From: Candidatus Omnitrophota bacterium
GTDB taxonomy: Bacteria > Omnitrophota > Gorgyraeia > Zapsychrales > Fredricksoniimonadaceae
Length of the DNA: 64,000 bases
Direction: 5' to 3'
Assembly (NCBI GenBank): GCA_044225175.1
Contig: JBGAJA010000004.1
Span: 81,631 to 145,630, forward strand
Shown: one piece after another, positions 47,357-58,469 of the stretch
Position numbering within the stretch: the stretch's first letter is position 1
Layout: each line of letters begins with the position of its first letter
Notes under the pieces: model-generated
Told to the model about the DNA's origin: nothing
Database searches by the model: none
Seen by the model: the letters and a program-made list of their open reading frames with translations, nothing else
Position numbers and translations under genes: made by a program

Positions 47357-47525
47357 ATATCCTTTACTCTTTAATGACTACCTAAAGTAAAGCATATATA
47401 TAAGGGATATTCAAGGGCTGGCAAGGCATTCAAAGAAAACGTTTTCTCTGTGTATAAAAGAGGTTTTAATCAAATTATTTTTATTAAAGGAAAAGATAAA
47501 AAAACTATTCTGATTTTGCAGGTTT

Positions 47526-48107
47526 TTAGGAAGATAAGATATATTTGGCTAAAATATCAGTTTCAATATTAATACTATGACCTACCATTTTAGAACCTAG
47601 ATTAGTGACTTTTAAAGTGTATGGAATCAAATAAACCTGGAAAGCATTCTTTTCTACTTTACCTACAGTCAAACTGATTCCATCTAAAGTCACAGAACCT
47701 TTATGGACCAGATATTTTTGATTGGCTTTTGAAATGCTAACGGTGATACTTACCCAATTCTTGGATTTTTCAATGGCCTTGATTGTTCCTAATTCATCAA
47801 CATGACCTGTGACAAAATGCCCGCCAAATCGACTGTCGGATTTGAGAGCTAACTCTAGATTAACTTTGCTGCCTATTGTAATTTCTTTAAGGGAGGTCTT
47901 TTCAATTGTCTCCTTCATTAAATCAAAAGAAACAATCTTTCCCTTCTTTAGCGTTGCTGTCAGGCAGACTCCATTGATGGCCACACTGTCTCCTAATTTG
48001 ATTTTAGAAGCCAGCATGCCCACATCTACTGTAAGAATAATCAGGTTCTTTTTAAGCTCAATGCCTTTAATAATCCCGAGCTGTTCAATGATTCCCGTAA
48101 ACAACAT
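47526..48107 (-). CDS. ribE: Riboflavin synthase (alpha subunit)
   Basis: 193 aa containing two lumazine-binding repeats (MFTGI..., second repeat GHVDELG). Confidence 0.85.
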   Translation of the reverse strand: MLFTGIIEQLGIIKGIELKKNLIILTVDVGMLASKIKLGDSVAINGVCLTATLKKGKIVSFDLMKETIEKTSLKEITIGSKVNLELALKSDSRFGGHFVTGHVDELGTIKAIEKSKNWVSITVSISKANQKYLVHKGSVTLDGISLTVGKVEKNAFQVYLIPYTLKVTNLGSKMVGHSINIETDILAKYILSS

Positions 48108-49179
48108 GACCTCCTATAAAAATATCATCACCTAGTTTTCCGACGGAGACATCCTTAAGATTAAGCGCTTGATCCACTTTTTTTAAATTGAATCCTCGAA
48201 TACTGTCTAACGCATGTTCATCTCCCATGATCTTAGGGGCTATGATGCAATAATAGTGATCGACCAATTTGTTCTTGAGTGCCCTGCCAATAACCATAGA
48301 ACCGCCTTCAATTAAAACACTCGCAATTTCTCTTTTAGCTAATTCTTTAAATGTCCAAACCATATCCACATGACGACCTTTAGAAGGAGCCACAATAACT
48401 TGCGCCTTCTTGGATAGCAAATTTATTTTTTGCTGACTGGCCTTATTTGTTGTGACAATTAAAACATGTTCGGGGCTTGTTCCTTCAAAAAGCTTAGCTT
48501 TAAGAGGTATTTGAAGAGTAGAGTCCAGGACCACCTTATTGATTAATTTCTTAGGCTCGCTGTTGAGTCTGGGATTATCTTTAAGGACCGTATTAATCCC
48601 CACCAAAATGGCATCAAAACCAAAACGCATTTGATGCGCCCACTTTCGAGCCATGGGACTGGTGATCCATTGGCTGTGACCTGTGTGTGCAGCTATTTTC
48701 CCGTCTAGGGTTTGGGCTGTCTTAGCTACAACAAAGGGCATCTTGTGGGTGATATATTTGTTGAACGCTTCATTGAGTTGGACCAACTCCTCTTGAAGAA
48801 ATCCTGATTCAACCTTGATTCCTGCCTTCTTTAAAATACCAGAAGCCTTGCCACGATTGACTGGATTAGGGTCTAATACCCCGACGACAACCTTGGCAAT
48901 ACCCGCTTGAATAATGGCCTCTGTACAAGGAGGCGTTCGGCCAAAATGGGAGCAAGGTTCAAGTGTGACATACAACGTTGCACCTTTGGCTTTAGCTCCT
49001 GCTTTCTTTAAAGCATCAACCTCCGCATGGTCCCCTCCGCATCGTTTATGCCAACCTTGAGCAATAACTTTGCCCCCTTTAACAATGACTGCGCCAACCA
49101 TAGGATTAGGCGAAGTTAATCCCCAGCCTTTTTTAGCTAGATCTAATGCCAGGGATATATATTTATCGTGTGGGTCCAT
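48085..49179 (-). CDS. ribD: Bifunctional diaminohydroxyphosphoribosylaminopyrimidine deaminase / 5-amino-6-(5-phosphoribosylamino)uracil reductase
   Basis: 364 aa with an N-terminal CMP/dCMP-type deaminase (HAEVDAL...PCSHFGRTPPC) and a C-terminal reductase. Confidence 0.9.
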   Translation of the reverse strand: MDPHDKYISLALDLAKKGWGLTSPNPMVGAVIVKGGKVIAQGWHKRCGGDHAEVDALKKAGAKAKGATLYVTLEPCSHFGRTPPCTEAIIQAGIAKVVVGVLDPNPVNRGKASGILKKAGIKVESGFLQEELVQLNEAFNKYITHKMPFVVAKTAQTLDGKIAAHTGHSQWITSPMARKWAHQMRFGFDAILVGINTVLKDNPRLNSEPKKLINKVVLDSTLQIPLKAKLFEGTSPEHVLIVTTNKASQQKINLLSKKAQVIVAPSKGRHVDMVWTFKELAKREIASVLIEGGSMVIGRALKNKLVDHYYCIIAPKIMGDEHALDSIRGFNLKKVDQALNLKDVSVGKLGDDIFIGGHVVYGNH

Positions 49180-50020
49180 GGGATAATTTTTGTTTCATTT
49201 GTTCAACAGTCTCATAGGAAATGGAAGCTTTTCCGACGTAAGTATAGACTTTAGCTTTACCATGGGCATCTGATCCGCCTGTCATTAAAAGATTGTGTTT
49301 CTTAGCAATCTTTTCATAGATACTTGTGACAATTGGCATGCAGTTTGGGTAATACACTTCTAGACCATCCATTCCATGCTTAACCAAACGAGAAATCAGC
49401 TCATCTTTTTGAGTGAGCATAGGATGCGCCATAACAGCCAGACCGCCGCTTTGATGGATTAAATCGATGGCTTCAAAAGGCGTTTGTTGAAATTTGGGGG
49501 CAAATCCAGGACGGTCTTGGGACAAAAATTTATCAAACACTTCTTTCACATTCTTAGCATGGCCCTTTTGAATCAATAATGTAGCCAAATGCATACGTCC
49601 AACTGCCCGAGACTTAGTCAACGCGGCGGCCTCTTCAAACTCAATATCCTTAATTCCGACTGTCTTTAAGTTCATGATCATCTGCTTCATACGCTCTACC
49701 CTTCCGTCGAGAAATGACTCAATTCTCTCAACAAGAGGGCCTTTATGAATATCGACAAAATACCCTAACATATGAATATCTTTGCCCTCAAATTCGGAAG
49801 AAAGCTCAATACCTGCGATGACCTCCAAATTATGACCTTTAGCTGCCTCCTGTGTTGGAAGAACACCATCAACAACATCATGATCTGTGATGGCAATACA
49901 GGACATCCCATTTTTAGTTGCTTCAAAAACAACTTCTTCTGGAGACATAGTACTGTCTGAGTAATAGGTGTGAATGTGTAAATCCGCCAAGGATGGCATG
50001 GGCTTAATTTCGTGGTTCAA
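49163..50020 (-). CDS. PHP-domain phosphoesterase
   Basis: 285 aa with the N-terminal LHIHTYYSD ... ITDHD PHP motifs. Confidence 0.7.
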   Translation of the reverse strand: MNHEIKPMPSLADLHIHTYYSDSTMSPEEVVFEATKNGMSCIAITDHDVVDGVLPTQEAAKGHNLEVIAGIELSSEFEGKDIHMLGYFVDIHKGPLVERIESFLDGRVERMKQMIMNLKTVGIKDIEFEEAAALTKSRAVGRMHLATLLIQKGHAKNVKEVFDKFLSQDRPGFAPKFQQTPFEAIDLIHQSGGLAVMAHPMLTQKDELISRLVKHGMDGLEVYYPNCMPIVTSIYEKIAKKHNLLMTGGSDAHGKAKVYTYVGKASISYETVEQMKQKLSHGPTR

Positions 50021-50426
50021 CGATTTCTTTTTTGTGAATTTTATCTAAAATCCCGTTGACGAATTTGCTGGATTCTAAATCCCCATATTTCTTTGCCAAT
50101 TCAACAGCTTCGTTGATAGCAACTTTTGGAGGTATATCTGTAGTATGCTGTAATTCAAAAAGACCGATTCTCATGACATTACGATCAATCACAGCCATAC
50201 GTTTCAGCTGCCAGTTGGTCGCATACTGGGAAATCTTCTCATCAATGACTTTATAATCCTTTAATACGCCTGTGACAACCATCTTGGCGTACGTCATGAC
50301 TTCTTCATCGGAAACTTCTTCCATCTTCCAATAATCCGCTAAAATTAAATCCAAATCACGATGAGTGATCTCAACTTGATATAAAATCTTTAACGCATGT
50401 TCACGGGCTAATGTTCTTCGGCGCAT
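50004..50426 (-). CDS. nusB: Transcription antitermination factor NusB
   Basis: 140 aa. Typical NusB size and motifs, in its usual position next to ribH. Confidence 0.85.
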   Translation of the reverse strand: MRRRTLAREHALKILYQVEITHRDLDLILADYWKMEEVSDEEVMTYAKMVVTGVLKDYKVIDEKISQYATNWQLKRMAVIDRNVMRIGLFELQHTTDIPPKVAINEAVELAKKYGDLESSKFVNGILDKIHKKEIVEPRN

Positions 50427-50432
50427 ATTTAT

Positions 50433-50897
50433 TTACGAAATATTTTTTAATAAATCAATCATTTCCAACGCTGTTATCGCTGCCTCTTGTCCTTTATTAT
50501 AACCTTTAGTTTGGGCACGTTTCTGGGCTTGAGCAATGGTATCTGTTGTTAAAACACCCATGACAATGGGCTTTCCTGTCTGCAAACTAACATTCATCAT
50601 GCCTCGAGACACTTCATTAGCTACAACTTCAAAGTGATAGGTATCCCCTCGGATCACTGCTCCTAAACAAATCACTGCCTCTATATTTTTCTTCTTAGCT
50701 AACTTTAAAGCAGCCACAGGAATTTCAAAACAACCAGGCACCCACAGCGTTGTCACCTGCTTATCAGTTAAACCTTTTTTCTTAAGTTCTTCTAAACAAG
50801 ATTTTAAAAGCGAGTTGGTAATATAATCATTGAAGCTTGAGGCAACAATAGCAATCTGCCCCTTAAATGATGATTTATTTTTTAAATGTGTGACCAT
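50433..50897 (-). CDS. ribH: 6,7-dimethyl-8-ribityllumazine synthase
   Basis: 154 aa with the GAVIRGDTYHFEVVANE motif. Confidence 0.9.
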   Translation of the reverse strand: MVTHLKNKSSFKGQIAIVASSFNDYITNSLLKSCLEELKKKGLTDKQVTTLWVPGCFEIPVAALKLAKKKNIEAVICLGAVIRGDTYHFEVVANEVSRGMMNVSLQTGKPIVMGVLTTDTIAQAQKRAQTKGYNKGQEAAITALEMIDLLKNIS

Positions 50898-50918
50898 GGA
50901 AACGTCTGCAAACCTAAA

Positions 50919-52121
50919 TTAGAGTATATGCCCTAATTTTTCTTTCTTGGTTTTCAAGTATTTTTCATTTCTAGAATTATGTGGCATTTTGATAGGAACA
51001 CGTTCAACCACAGAAAGGCCGTATCCTTCCAACCCAACAATCTTACGGGGATTGTTAGTCAATAACTTGATTTGCTTAACACCTAAATCAACCAACATTT
51101 GAGCACCTAGGCCATAATCACGAAGATCTGCTGGAAACCCTAAAGCTTGGTTGGCCTCAACCGTATCCATACCTTCATCTTGCAAACCATACGCTTTGAT
51201 CTTATTGGCCAATCCAATGCCTCGTCCCTCATGCTGACGGATATACAAAAGGACACCTGAACCAGCGTCATTGATTGCTTTAAGCGCTGTCTTTAATTGG
51301 CTGTTGCAATCGCATCTTAAAGATCCAAAGACATCTCCCGTTAAACATTCAGATTGAGCCCGTACTAACACAGGAGTATTGGGATCAATAGTACCTTTAA
51401 CAAGGGCCACATGGACTGCCCCATCAACCTTAGATTCATAGACCATCATTTGAAAATCACCAAATTCAGTGGGTAATTCTGATTCGGCAACACGTTCGAT
51501 CAGCTTCTCTGTCTTACGGCGATATTCAATTAAACTATCAATTGTGCAAATCTTTATTTTATGTTTCTTGGCAAATTCAATTAAATCATTGGTGCGGGCC
51601 ATGGTTCCATCTTCATTCATGATCTCGCAAATGACACCAGCTGGATAAAGACCGGCCAATTTCATTAAATCAACGGAAGCTTCTGTATGGCCTGCGCGAA
51701 CAAGAACTCCACCGCGACGGGCCCTTAAAGGAAAAAGATGTCCGGGGGTTACTAAATCTGAGGGTTTGGATTTTGGATCAATTAAAACTTCAATCGTTTT
51801 GGCACGATCTGCTGCAGAAATACCTGTTGTGACTCCATAAACTGCATCTACTGTCACTGTCCAGGCGGTATTACATTTTTGGTGCTTAGAATTCAAATCT
51901 TCTTTCATGGGATGCAAATCTAATTCGGAAAGTCTAGAATCTTCCATGGGAACACAAATTAAACCACGCGCGTATTTAGCCATGAAATTGATGGCATCAG
52001 GAGTGATATGCTGGGCCGCCATAAGAACATCACCTTCATTTTCACGACCTTCATCATCCATGACAATGACCATACGGCCAGCTTTAAGCTCTTCTAAGAC
52101 TTCGAGAATTGAATTAAACAT
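50919..52121 (-). CDS. ribBA: Bifunctional DHBP synthase / GTP cyclohydrolase II
   Basis: 400 aa with an N-terminal RibB ([11 protein letters not shown]) and a C-terminal RibA (CxxC...[11 protein letters not shown]). Confidence 0.9.
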   Translation of the reverse strand: MFNSILEVLEELKAGRMVIVMDDEGRENEGDVLMAAQHITPDAINFMAKYARGLICVPMEDSRLSELDLHPMKEDLNSKHQKCNTAWTVTVDAVYGVTTGISAADRAKTIEVLIDPKSKPSDLVTPGHLFPLRARRGGVLVRAGHTEASVDLMKLAGLYPAGVICEIMNEDGTMARTNDLIEFAKKHKIKICTIDSLIEYRRKTEKLIERVAESELPTEFGDFQMMVYESKVDGAVHVALVKGTIDPNTPVLVRAQSECLTGDVFGSLRCDCNSQLKTALKAINDAGSGVLLYIRQHEGRGIGLANKIKAYGLQDEGMDTVEANQALGFPADLRDYGLGAQMLVDLGVKQIKLLTNNPRKIVGLEGYGLSVVERVPIKMPHNSRNEKYLKTKKEKLGHIL

Positions 52122-52244
52122 AATGTTATCCTTCGGTGGGTTAATAATAAGGCAAAAGTATATGTGAAATAAAAGGGCTTGTCAACGCATTTTGCCCCAC
52201 CTATAATACCCAAAATTTTCTATAACCCATGTATTTCTAATAAC

Positions 52245-52712
52245 ATGCAAAAACATAAGATCGTCGCTAAAAAATTATTAACTCAAGAAAAAACAATTGC
52301 TGTTGCAGAAAGCTGTACTGGCGGCCTTTTAGCCAATGAATTGACCAATATCCCAGGGTCTTCTTCCTTTTTCTGGCTTGGAATCATAGCTTACGATAAT
52401 AAAGCTAAGTCCAAACTTCTAAAGATTCCAACCGCTATCCTTAAAAAACATGGTGCCGTCAGCCTTCCTGTAGCTGAACTCATGGCTCAAAATGTTCGCA
52501 AGATTCTAAAGACAGACTTTGGCATTGGTATCACCGGCATTGCAGGCCCAACCGGTGGAACCAAAGACAAACCAGTAGGCCTCGTCTTTATCGCCGTAGC
52601 CAACAAAAAAAGAGTCTTAAGCCAAAAGCACCACTTCAAAGGCCCCAGACTCTCTATTAAAACCCAAGCTGCAGACAAAGCTCTTTATATGCTTTTAACC
52701 CTCCTTTCTTAG
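52245..52712 (+). CDS. CinA C-terminal domain protein (nicotinamide-nucleotide amidohydrolase PncC-like)
   Basis: IAVAESCTGGLLA ... GITGIAGP motifs. The start was moved to the ATG (MQKHK). Confidence 0.75.
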   Translation: MQKHKIVAKKLLTQEKTIAVAESCTGGLLANELTNIPGSSSFFWLGIIAYDNKAKSKLLKIPTAILKKHGAVSLPVAELMAQNVRKILKTDFGIGITGIAGPTGGTKDKPVGLVFIAVANKKRVLSQKHHFKGPRLSIKTQAADKALYMLLTLLS

Positions 52713-52770
52713 GATGAACTTTGCCAGATATTACTTTTTTTTTCAAAAAAAACTCCTATAATACCGCCTT

Positions 52771-53433
52771 ATGGATTTAAAACATCGCATTCAAAGATCA
52801 TTCAAACCTCGCTTTGCCATGATTTATCCTTTTGGCGTTTATGCCCTTCTCTTTGGGGCTATTACTGATCATTCTCTTCGCGCGGGTATTGGCTATGTCA
52901 TTACTGGACTTCTTATCCGCCTCTGGTCCAATGGGTATGCTATCAAAAATGATAAATTAACAACTTCTGGGCCCTATGCTTATGTCCGCAATCCTCTTTA
53001 TGTAGGGACATTTTTAATTGCCATCGGATTTGCCATTATGCTTAACTTTGGACCTGTGGTTGGGGTTTTATTTCTTGCGGCCCTGGCCTTTGTTTATTAC
53101 GGGACAGTTAAAAACGAAGAAGGAATGCTTCTAAAGAAATTTGGCTCAAAATATACCGATTATCGATCTAAAGTCTTGGCCTTTATTCCAAGACTTACTC
53201 CCTATATTGAAGGTGAAAAATGGCCTTTTGACATGGATAGACTCATATTCAGTAAAGAATACAAATCCATTGTGTGGATAACCATCCTCATTATTGCTTT
53301 CCACCTTAAAAGCCGCATCTGGATCGAACACAAACCCATGACAGAAAAAACATGGGGCTTAATCTTACTTGCTGCTTTACTTATTTTGGTGGATGTTTTC
53401 TACGAAATGAATAAAAAGAAGAAAAAGTCTTAA
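52771..53433 (+). CDS. ICMT/PEMT-family membrane methyltransferase
   Basis: 220 aa with 4-5 TM helices, plus VRNPLY and EE..L...FG..Y..Y motifs. Confidence 0.6.
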   Translation: MDLKHRIQRSFKPRFAMIYPFGVYALLFGAITDHSLRAGIGYVITGLLIRLWSNGYAIKNDKLTTSGPYAYVRNPLYVGTFLIAIGFAIMLNFGPVVGVLFLAALAFVYYGTVKNEEGMLLKKFGSKYTDYRSKVLAFIPRLTPYIEGEKWPFDMDRLIFSKEYKSIVWITILIIAFHLKSRIWIEHKPMTEKTWGLILLAALLILVDVFYEMNKKKKKS

Positions 53434-54386
53434 CTTTCTTTGACTACCTTTACAGCCCCTAAAATAACCGCATCATCTCCAAGTGTAGATTGTAAAATCT
53501 GACAAGAATTAAATTTCTTGAAGAATGGATCAGCTTTGAGCGCTTTTTGAATGACTGGCAGCATAAAAAATCCACACGCTTTAATGACTCCCCCGCCTAA
53601 AACAATGGCTTGAGGATTAAAAATGTGATTTAAAGACACACATGCTTGTCCAAGAACACTAGAGACATTATTTAATACTAATGTAACGACACGATCGTTC
53701 TTTTGAAGTGCTTCTTTAAGAAGGCGGCTTTTAATGGTTGATAAGTCGCCATGATTGAGGTCTTTGATGATGCTCTTCTGGCCTTTTTTAATGAGCATAC
53801 GGATATCGCGTTCAATGGCCCAACGGCTTGCCATGGCTTCCAGACACCCATGATTACCACAATGACAAACTGGCCCATTAACTCTCATAATCATATGCCC
53901 TAATTCGGTTGCAGCTCCTTGGGTACCAAATAACATTTTCCCATCTGTAATTGCAGCTCCCCCTACACCTGTTCCTGGAAAAATACCTACCACTTCACTA
54001 AGACCACGAGCAGCCCCTAACCATGCTTCTCCTAAAAGGCCGGCGTTCACATCATTGAGCATAGCTACTTTCTTGCGATACTTCTTTTTAAGTTCCACAT
54101 GCAAGGGGAATCCTGTCAGATTAATATTAGGGGCAGCTAAAATATAGTTCTTACGTGTGTCTACGATTCCTGGAACTCCTAGCCCAATTCCCTCAACCTG
54201 AGACATAGGGACATTGGACTCTATCCTAACCTCATCAATGACATCGACCAAACAAGCTAAAATGCTTTTAGGATTCGCTTTGGCTGGAGAAGGAATCTTG
54301 ACCCTAGAAAGAATCTTCCCTCGATGCGACACCATCGAAGCTGCAATCTTTGTTCCTCCAATATCAATACCTATGTAATGACTCAT
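53430..54386 (-). CDS. ROK-family sugar kinase (glucokinase; possibly polyphosphate-dependent)
   Basis: 318 aa with GIDIGGTK at the N-terminus and the ROK CxCGxxGCxE motif (CHCGNHGCLE). Confidence 0.8.
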   Translation of the reverse strand: MSHYIGIDIGGTKIAASMVSHRGKILSRVKIPSPAKANPKSILACLVDVIDEVRIESNVPMSQVEGIGLGVPGIVDTRKNYILAAPNINLTGFPLHVELKKKYRKKVAMLNDVNAGLLGEAWLGAARGLSEVVGIFPGTGVGGAAITDGKMLFGTQGAATELGHMIMRVNGPVCHCGNHGCLEAMASRWAIERDIRMLIKKGQKSIIKDLNHGDLSTIKSRLLKEALQKNDRVVTLVLNNVSSVLGQACVSLNHIFNPQAIVLGGGVIKACGFFMLPVIQKALKADPFFKKFNSCQILQSTLGDDAVILGAVKVVKES

Positions 54387-54394
54387 AATATTTT

Positions 54395-56416
54395 CTAGTG
54401 AGTATAATGTTTAATAAAGTAGTCCTGTACTCCGAAAGCTGCTTTCTCATGAGGCAATCTATGATAAATCTTATCTTTTTTAAGCAAACGTGTCTTGAGA
54501 GTATCTTTTTGATAGTTATCAAGAATAAACTGTAAATGAGTTTTAATCTCAGGCTTGGTGATTTCAAAAAGAAGCTCGACTCGCCTATCAAAATTTCGAG
54601 TCATCCAATCAGCGGAAGATAAAAAGACCCGTGGATTTCCCCCATTATTAAAGACAAAAATTCTGGAATGCTCTAAAAACTGCCCGACAATGCTTTTGAC
54701 TTCAATGGTTTCACTTAAACCTTCCACTCCTGGGATCAAACAACAAATTCCGCGTACGATCAATTTAATCTTAACTCCCGCTTGGGAAGCAGAATAAAGT
54801 TTATCAATCATCTGAACATCTTCCAAAGAGTTCATTTTGGCAATAATCAATCCATTCTTATGCTTTGCATGAAACTCTATTTCTCGATCAATCAAATCAA
54901 AGAAGTATTTTCTAAGATCGTGCGGTGCAGAAATAATCCTTTTCCATGGACTGGATTGAGAATACCCCGTAATGACATTAAACACATCTGCCACATCCCT
55001 TGCGAAATCATCATTGGCAGTAAAATAACCAATATCTGTATAAATTCGGGCTGTTTTTTCATTGTAGTTACCGGTAGATAAATGAACATAGCGGCGAATA
55101 CGTCCCTCTTCCCTTCTTACAATCAATGTCATCTTAGAGTGGATCTTGAGTCCTGCAATCCCATAAATCACATGGCAACCAGCTTGTTCAAGTTCACGAG
55201 CCCAATGAATGTTCTTTTCCTCTTCAAATCGGGCTTTGATTTCTACGACAACTGTGACCTGTTTTCGGTTCTTGGCCGCATGCATCAAAGCTTGAATAAT
55301 GTTGGAATCTTCATTGGTTCGATATAACGTCATCTTAATAGCCAATACATCAGGATCTTTGGAAGCTGTTTGAATCAAATCTTCAGCTGGAAAGAATGAT
55401 TGAAATGGAAGATGAATGATAAAGTCTTCTTCTTTAATCTTATCGAAAATATTCTCATAAGGCGTTTTAGAAGGCACATAAGTTTCAAAACGCTCGCCAG
55501 GTCGATCAATATTACTGGCCATTTCATAGAAGAAACCTAAATCAAGATCAGAGGCTAGAAAAACAATTTCTTCCTTAGAAAAACCAAGTCCATTGCATAA
55601 GACATCAATCAATTCTTCACTGGAGCCTTTTTCCATCTGAACATACACGGTCTTTGCGCTGGTTCTTTTCTTTAATTCTTTTTCCATGGCCTTTAAGAGA
55701 TTAGGGGCAAATTCTTCATCAAAAGCAATTTCACTATCGCGCAAAATCCTAAACGTTGAAGCTGATTGGATTTTGTATCCCTTAAAGAATTCCTTTAAAT
55801 TATCTCTAATCAGATCATCAATGAGAATAAAATCAAACTCCTCCCCTTCAGAAGGAAGCTTTAGAAGCCTGGGAACAGATTTTGGTACAGGCAAAATGGC
55901 TAAATGGTTTTTATCCTGTCGGATAATAGAAACTGCAAATGCGAGCGTCTTAGAAGGCAAAATAGGAAATGGATGCCCTTGGTCTACAGCCATGGGGGTA
56001 ATAATAGGATAGAGCGTTGAATCAAAATATCTCTTCACAAATTTCTTTTGTGTCTCGTTTAGATCATCAATCTTTTTAAGATAAATCTTATTTTTCTCTA
56101 ATGTGGTTTTAATGGATTTCGAATACACGTCATAGAGGTCCTTGACTAAATCATCTGCCCTTAGTTTAATTTCTGAAAATAAATCAGCAGGAGTAAAGCC
56201 CAGATGATCTTTGCGATTGTATCCTGAATCTAAGAGCTTTTTCACGCCAGCCACACGGACCATATAAAATTCATCAAGGTTGCTAATAAAAATACTTAAA
56301 AACTTAAGGCGTTCTAATAATGGATTATGGCTGTCAGCAGCCTCTTCCAGAACACGTCGATTAAATTCCAACCAGCTTAAATCACGATGTATATATTTAT
56401 CTTTAATGTCTTCCAT
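54395..56416 (-). CDS. ppk: Polyphosphate kinase 1
   Basis: 673 aa, collinear with PPK1 (N-terminal DLSWLEFNRRVL and two PLD-like HxK regions). Confidence 0.9.
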   Translation of the reverse strand: MEDIKDKYIHRDLSWLEFNRRVLEEAADSHNPLLERLKFLSIFISNLDEFYMVRVAGVKKLLDSGYNRKDHLGFTPADLFSEIKLRADDLVKDLYDVYSKSIKTTLEKNKIYLKKIDDLNETQKKFVKRYFDSTLYPIITPMAVDQGHPFPILPSKTLAFAVSIIRQDKNHLAILPVPKSVPRLLKLPSEGEEFDFILIDDLIRDNLKEFFKGYKIQSASTFRILRDSEIAFDEEFAPNLLKAMEKELKKRTSAKTVYVQMEKGSSEELIDVLCNGLGFSKEEIVFLASDLDLGFFYEMASNIDRPGERFETYVPSKTPYENIFDKIKEEDFIIHLPFQSFFPAEDLIQTASKDPDVLAIKMTLYRTNEDSNIIQALMHAAKNRKQVTVVVEIKARFEEEKNIHWARELEQAGCHVIYGIAGLKIHSKMTLIVRREEGRIRRYVHLSTGNYNEKTARIYTDIGYFTANDDFARDVADVFNVITGYSQSSPWKRIISAPHDLRKYFFDLIDREIEFHAKHKNGLIIAKMNSLEDVQMIDKLYSASQAGVKIKLIVRGICCLIPGVEGLSETIEVKSIVGQFLEHSRIFVFNNGGNPRVFLSSADWMTRNFDRRVELLFEITKPEIKTHLQFILDNYQKDTLKTRLLKKDKIYHRLPHEKAAFGVQDYFIKHYTH

Positions 56417-56418
56417 CT

Positions 56419-57960
56419 CTAGTCCTGACTCTTAACGGTCAATGTTAATTTGTTACCGGTAATTTCCTCAAAAAGTTCTTTTTTCTCTAAGAAATTCTCT
56501 TTTTCTAATAAGAAGTTCTCATGAGTAAAGACCACAATTGTAGCATCTCCAGAAGAATTGAATTTAATCTCTAAACGTTTGGCCTTTTGTTTATGGGAAC
56601 GGTCCAAAGCGTTCGCAATACGCAACAAAGCGCTTAACTTCTGGACCAAAATCTGTTGTTGGGACGATAAAGAATTATAAACCAAATGGGTCTTTAAAGG
56701 TGCGGAACGCCTATGGTAACGGGCAATACAGGCGATAATGTTGATCTCATCTTCTGTTAAGCGAAACATATTAGAAGAGCTGATGATATATTCGCTATGT
56801 TTATGATGGGCGCGATTATTAATAAACATACCCAAATCATGCAAATAGGATGCCAAGATTAAATATAACCTGTCTTCTTCATTGAGCCCTAAAATTTCTT
56901 TAAAGGCCTCAAAAAGGTGATCGGTTAAGAAAGCTACATGCTTCAAATGGTCCAAGTCCATACCATATTTCTTACATAAGAAATTAGCGACAGAGACCAA
57001 CTGACTTACTTTATCGGTCTTCTCGGAAGATTCTAGGCGAAAAAGCTGATTAGCCAAAATTGCCTCAGACAAAGAAGCTTCAAGGATATAGATATACTCC
57101 TTCTTGTTAAGTTTTAGCAACTTATTAAGAACGATGGCAAATCCAATAATAGTCGTCGAAATATCTGCAGGGACATTATAAGTACGTGCAATCTCTTCTG
57201 CATTCATTTGCTGAAGCTTCAAAACAAACTCTGCCGCTTCTGAGGCTTTTAATTTGTAAAAATCCGATTCCCTCTTCTTATTAGGAAGAATGTTCTGCAA
57301 ATAAATAGAATAGTTTTCATCGATAAGGATCACATCATCGATGACCAAATTTGGGTTATTCTTTTTTAGAAAGAATATTTCATTTTCTACATATTCTTCT
57401 GTTGCTTCGTGGATCTCCTGCATGGAACCATCTAGATTCTCCATGAATTGAGATAATCGAAGTGTTCCAATGGGAAAACCTATATTAGTCAATGTAAGGC
57501 CTTGGGACATGACAGAAATATCTAAACTTCCAGCACCTAATTCTGCAATGAGGAGATCTTTCTCTGCAACGGGATATGTTTTTTTGAGTTTGTGGGAGAG
57601 AAAATAGTCAATGTAATAAACAACATCCCCTACGTTTAAAACATCGATTTTAAAGCCTGTTTTTCTAAGAACTGTGTCAGCAAAAATATCTTGGTTGCGG
57701 GCTTCTCTAACGGCAGTTGTAGCAATAACGGTGACATCAGAAACATCATATTCTTTAAGTATCTCTTTATATTTTTGTAAAACGGAAGCTGTTTGATTGA
57801 TAATGCCTTGTGGAATACGCCCTTTAAGGAAGGCGTGACGACCTAAAGGAACAGTGTTCTTTAAAGATTCAATGATCTTTATGTCATCACCATGACGCTC
57901 ACCGATCAAAAGCTTTGTGGATGACGATCCTATATCAATAACTCCCCAACGCATAATCAC
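56419..57960 (-). CDS. ppx: Exopolyphosphatase / pppGpp phosphohydrolase family with a C-terminal HD domain
   Basis: 513 aa. N-terminal Ppx/GppA ASKHA fold (VIDIGSSSTKL) and C-terminal HD (YLHDLG). Confidence 0.85.
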   Translation of the reverse strand: MIMRWGVIDIGSSSTKLLIGERHGDDIKIIESLKNTVPLGRHAFLKGRIPQGIINQTASVLQKYKEILKEYDVSDVTVIATTAVREARNQDIFADTVLRKTGFKIDVLNVGDVVYYIDYFLSHKLKKTYPVAEKDLLIAELGAGSLDISVMSQGLTLTNIGFPIGTLRLSQFMENLDGSMQEIHEATEEYVENEIFFLKKNNPNLVIDDVILIDENYSIYLQNILPNKKRESDFYKLKASEAAEFVLKLQQMNAEEIARTYNVPADISTTIIGFAIVLNKLLKLNKKEYIYILEASLSEAILANQLFRLESSEKTDKVSQLVSVANFLCKKYGMDLDHLKHVAFLTDHLFEAFKEILGLNEEDRLYLILASYLHDLGMFINNRAHHKHSEYIISSSNMFRLTEDEINIIACIARYHRRSAPLKTHLVYNSLSSQQQILVQKLSALLRIANALDRSHKQKAKRLEIKFNSSGDATIVVFTHENFLLEKENFLEKKELFEEITGNKLTLTVKSQD

Positions 57961-58469
57961 CTCTCATTACCCCTTAAACTATACCATATGATGAACCAGA
58001 ATGAAATCTCACGACCAAAGGACAGGTTGGGCCCCTAAATCCCCTTTGAAGATCACTCCTGCCATACCCAATGATACACAAACTAGAAAAATTAAAAAAG
58101 AATATTGAATAAAATAATAAGCAGACTCTTGAATAAAACCTAAACGAAAAGTTTTACTTTTAAAAGCTGCTACCTCTTCTATAACAAGATAGATGTTAGT
58201 TAGCATTTCTAAAATCGATCAGTAAACAGTTAGAAAAAAAAGTATTGAAAAGAACAAATAATAGGCCAATTAAATATAAATATACTCTTGGGAATTCTTG
58301 ATCATGAGAAAGGACCTGTTGGAACAGGCCCTCAAGAGGACGATTATGAAAATTAATAAATACACAATATTCATCATTCCAAAGCGGACGTTGACTGAAA
58401 TAATGACATGCGATTAAGAATAAATACCATCCAATTACAGCTAAAGGAGCAAGCCGTAATAGTTTCGTT

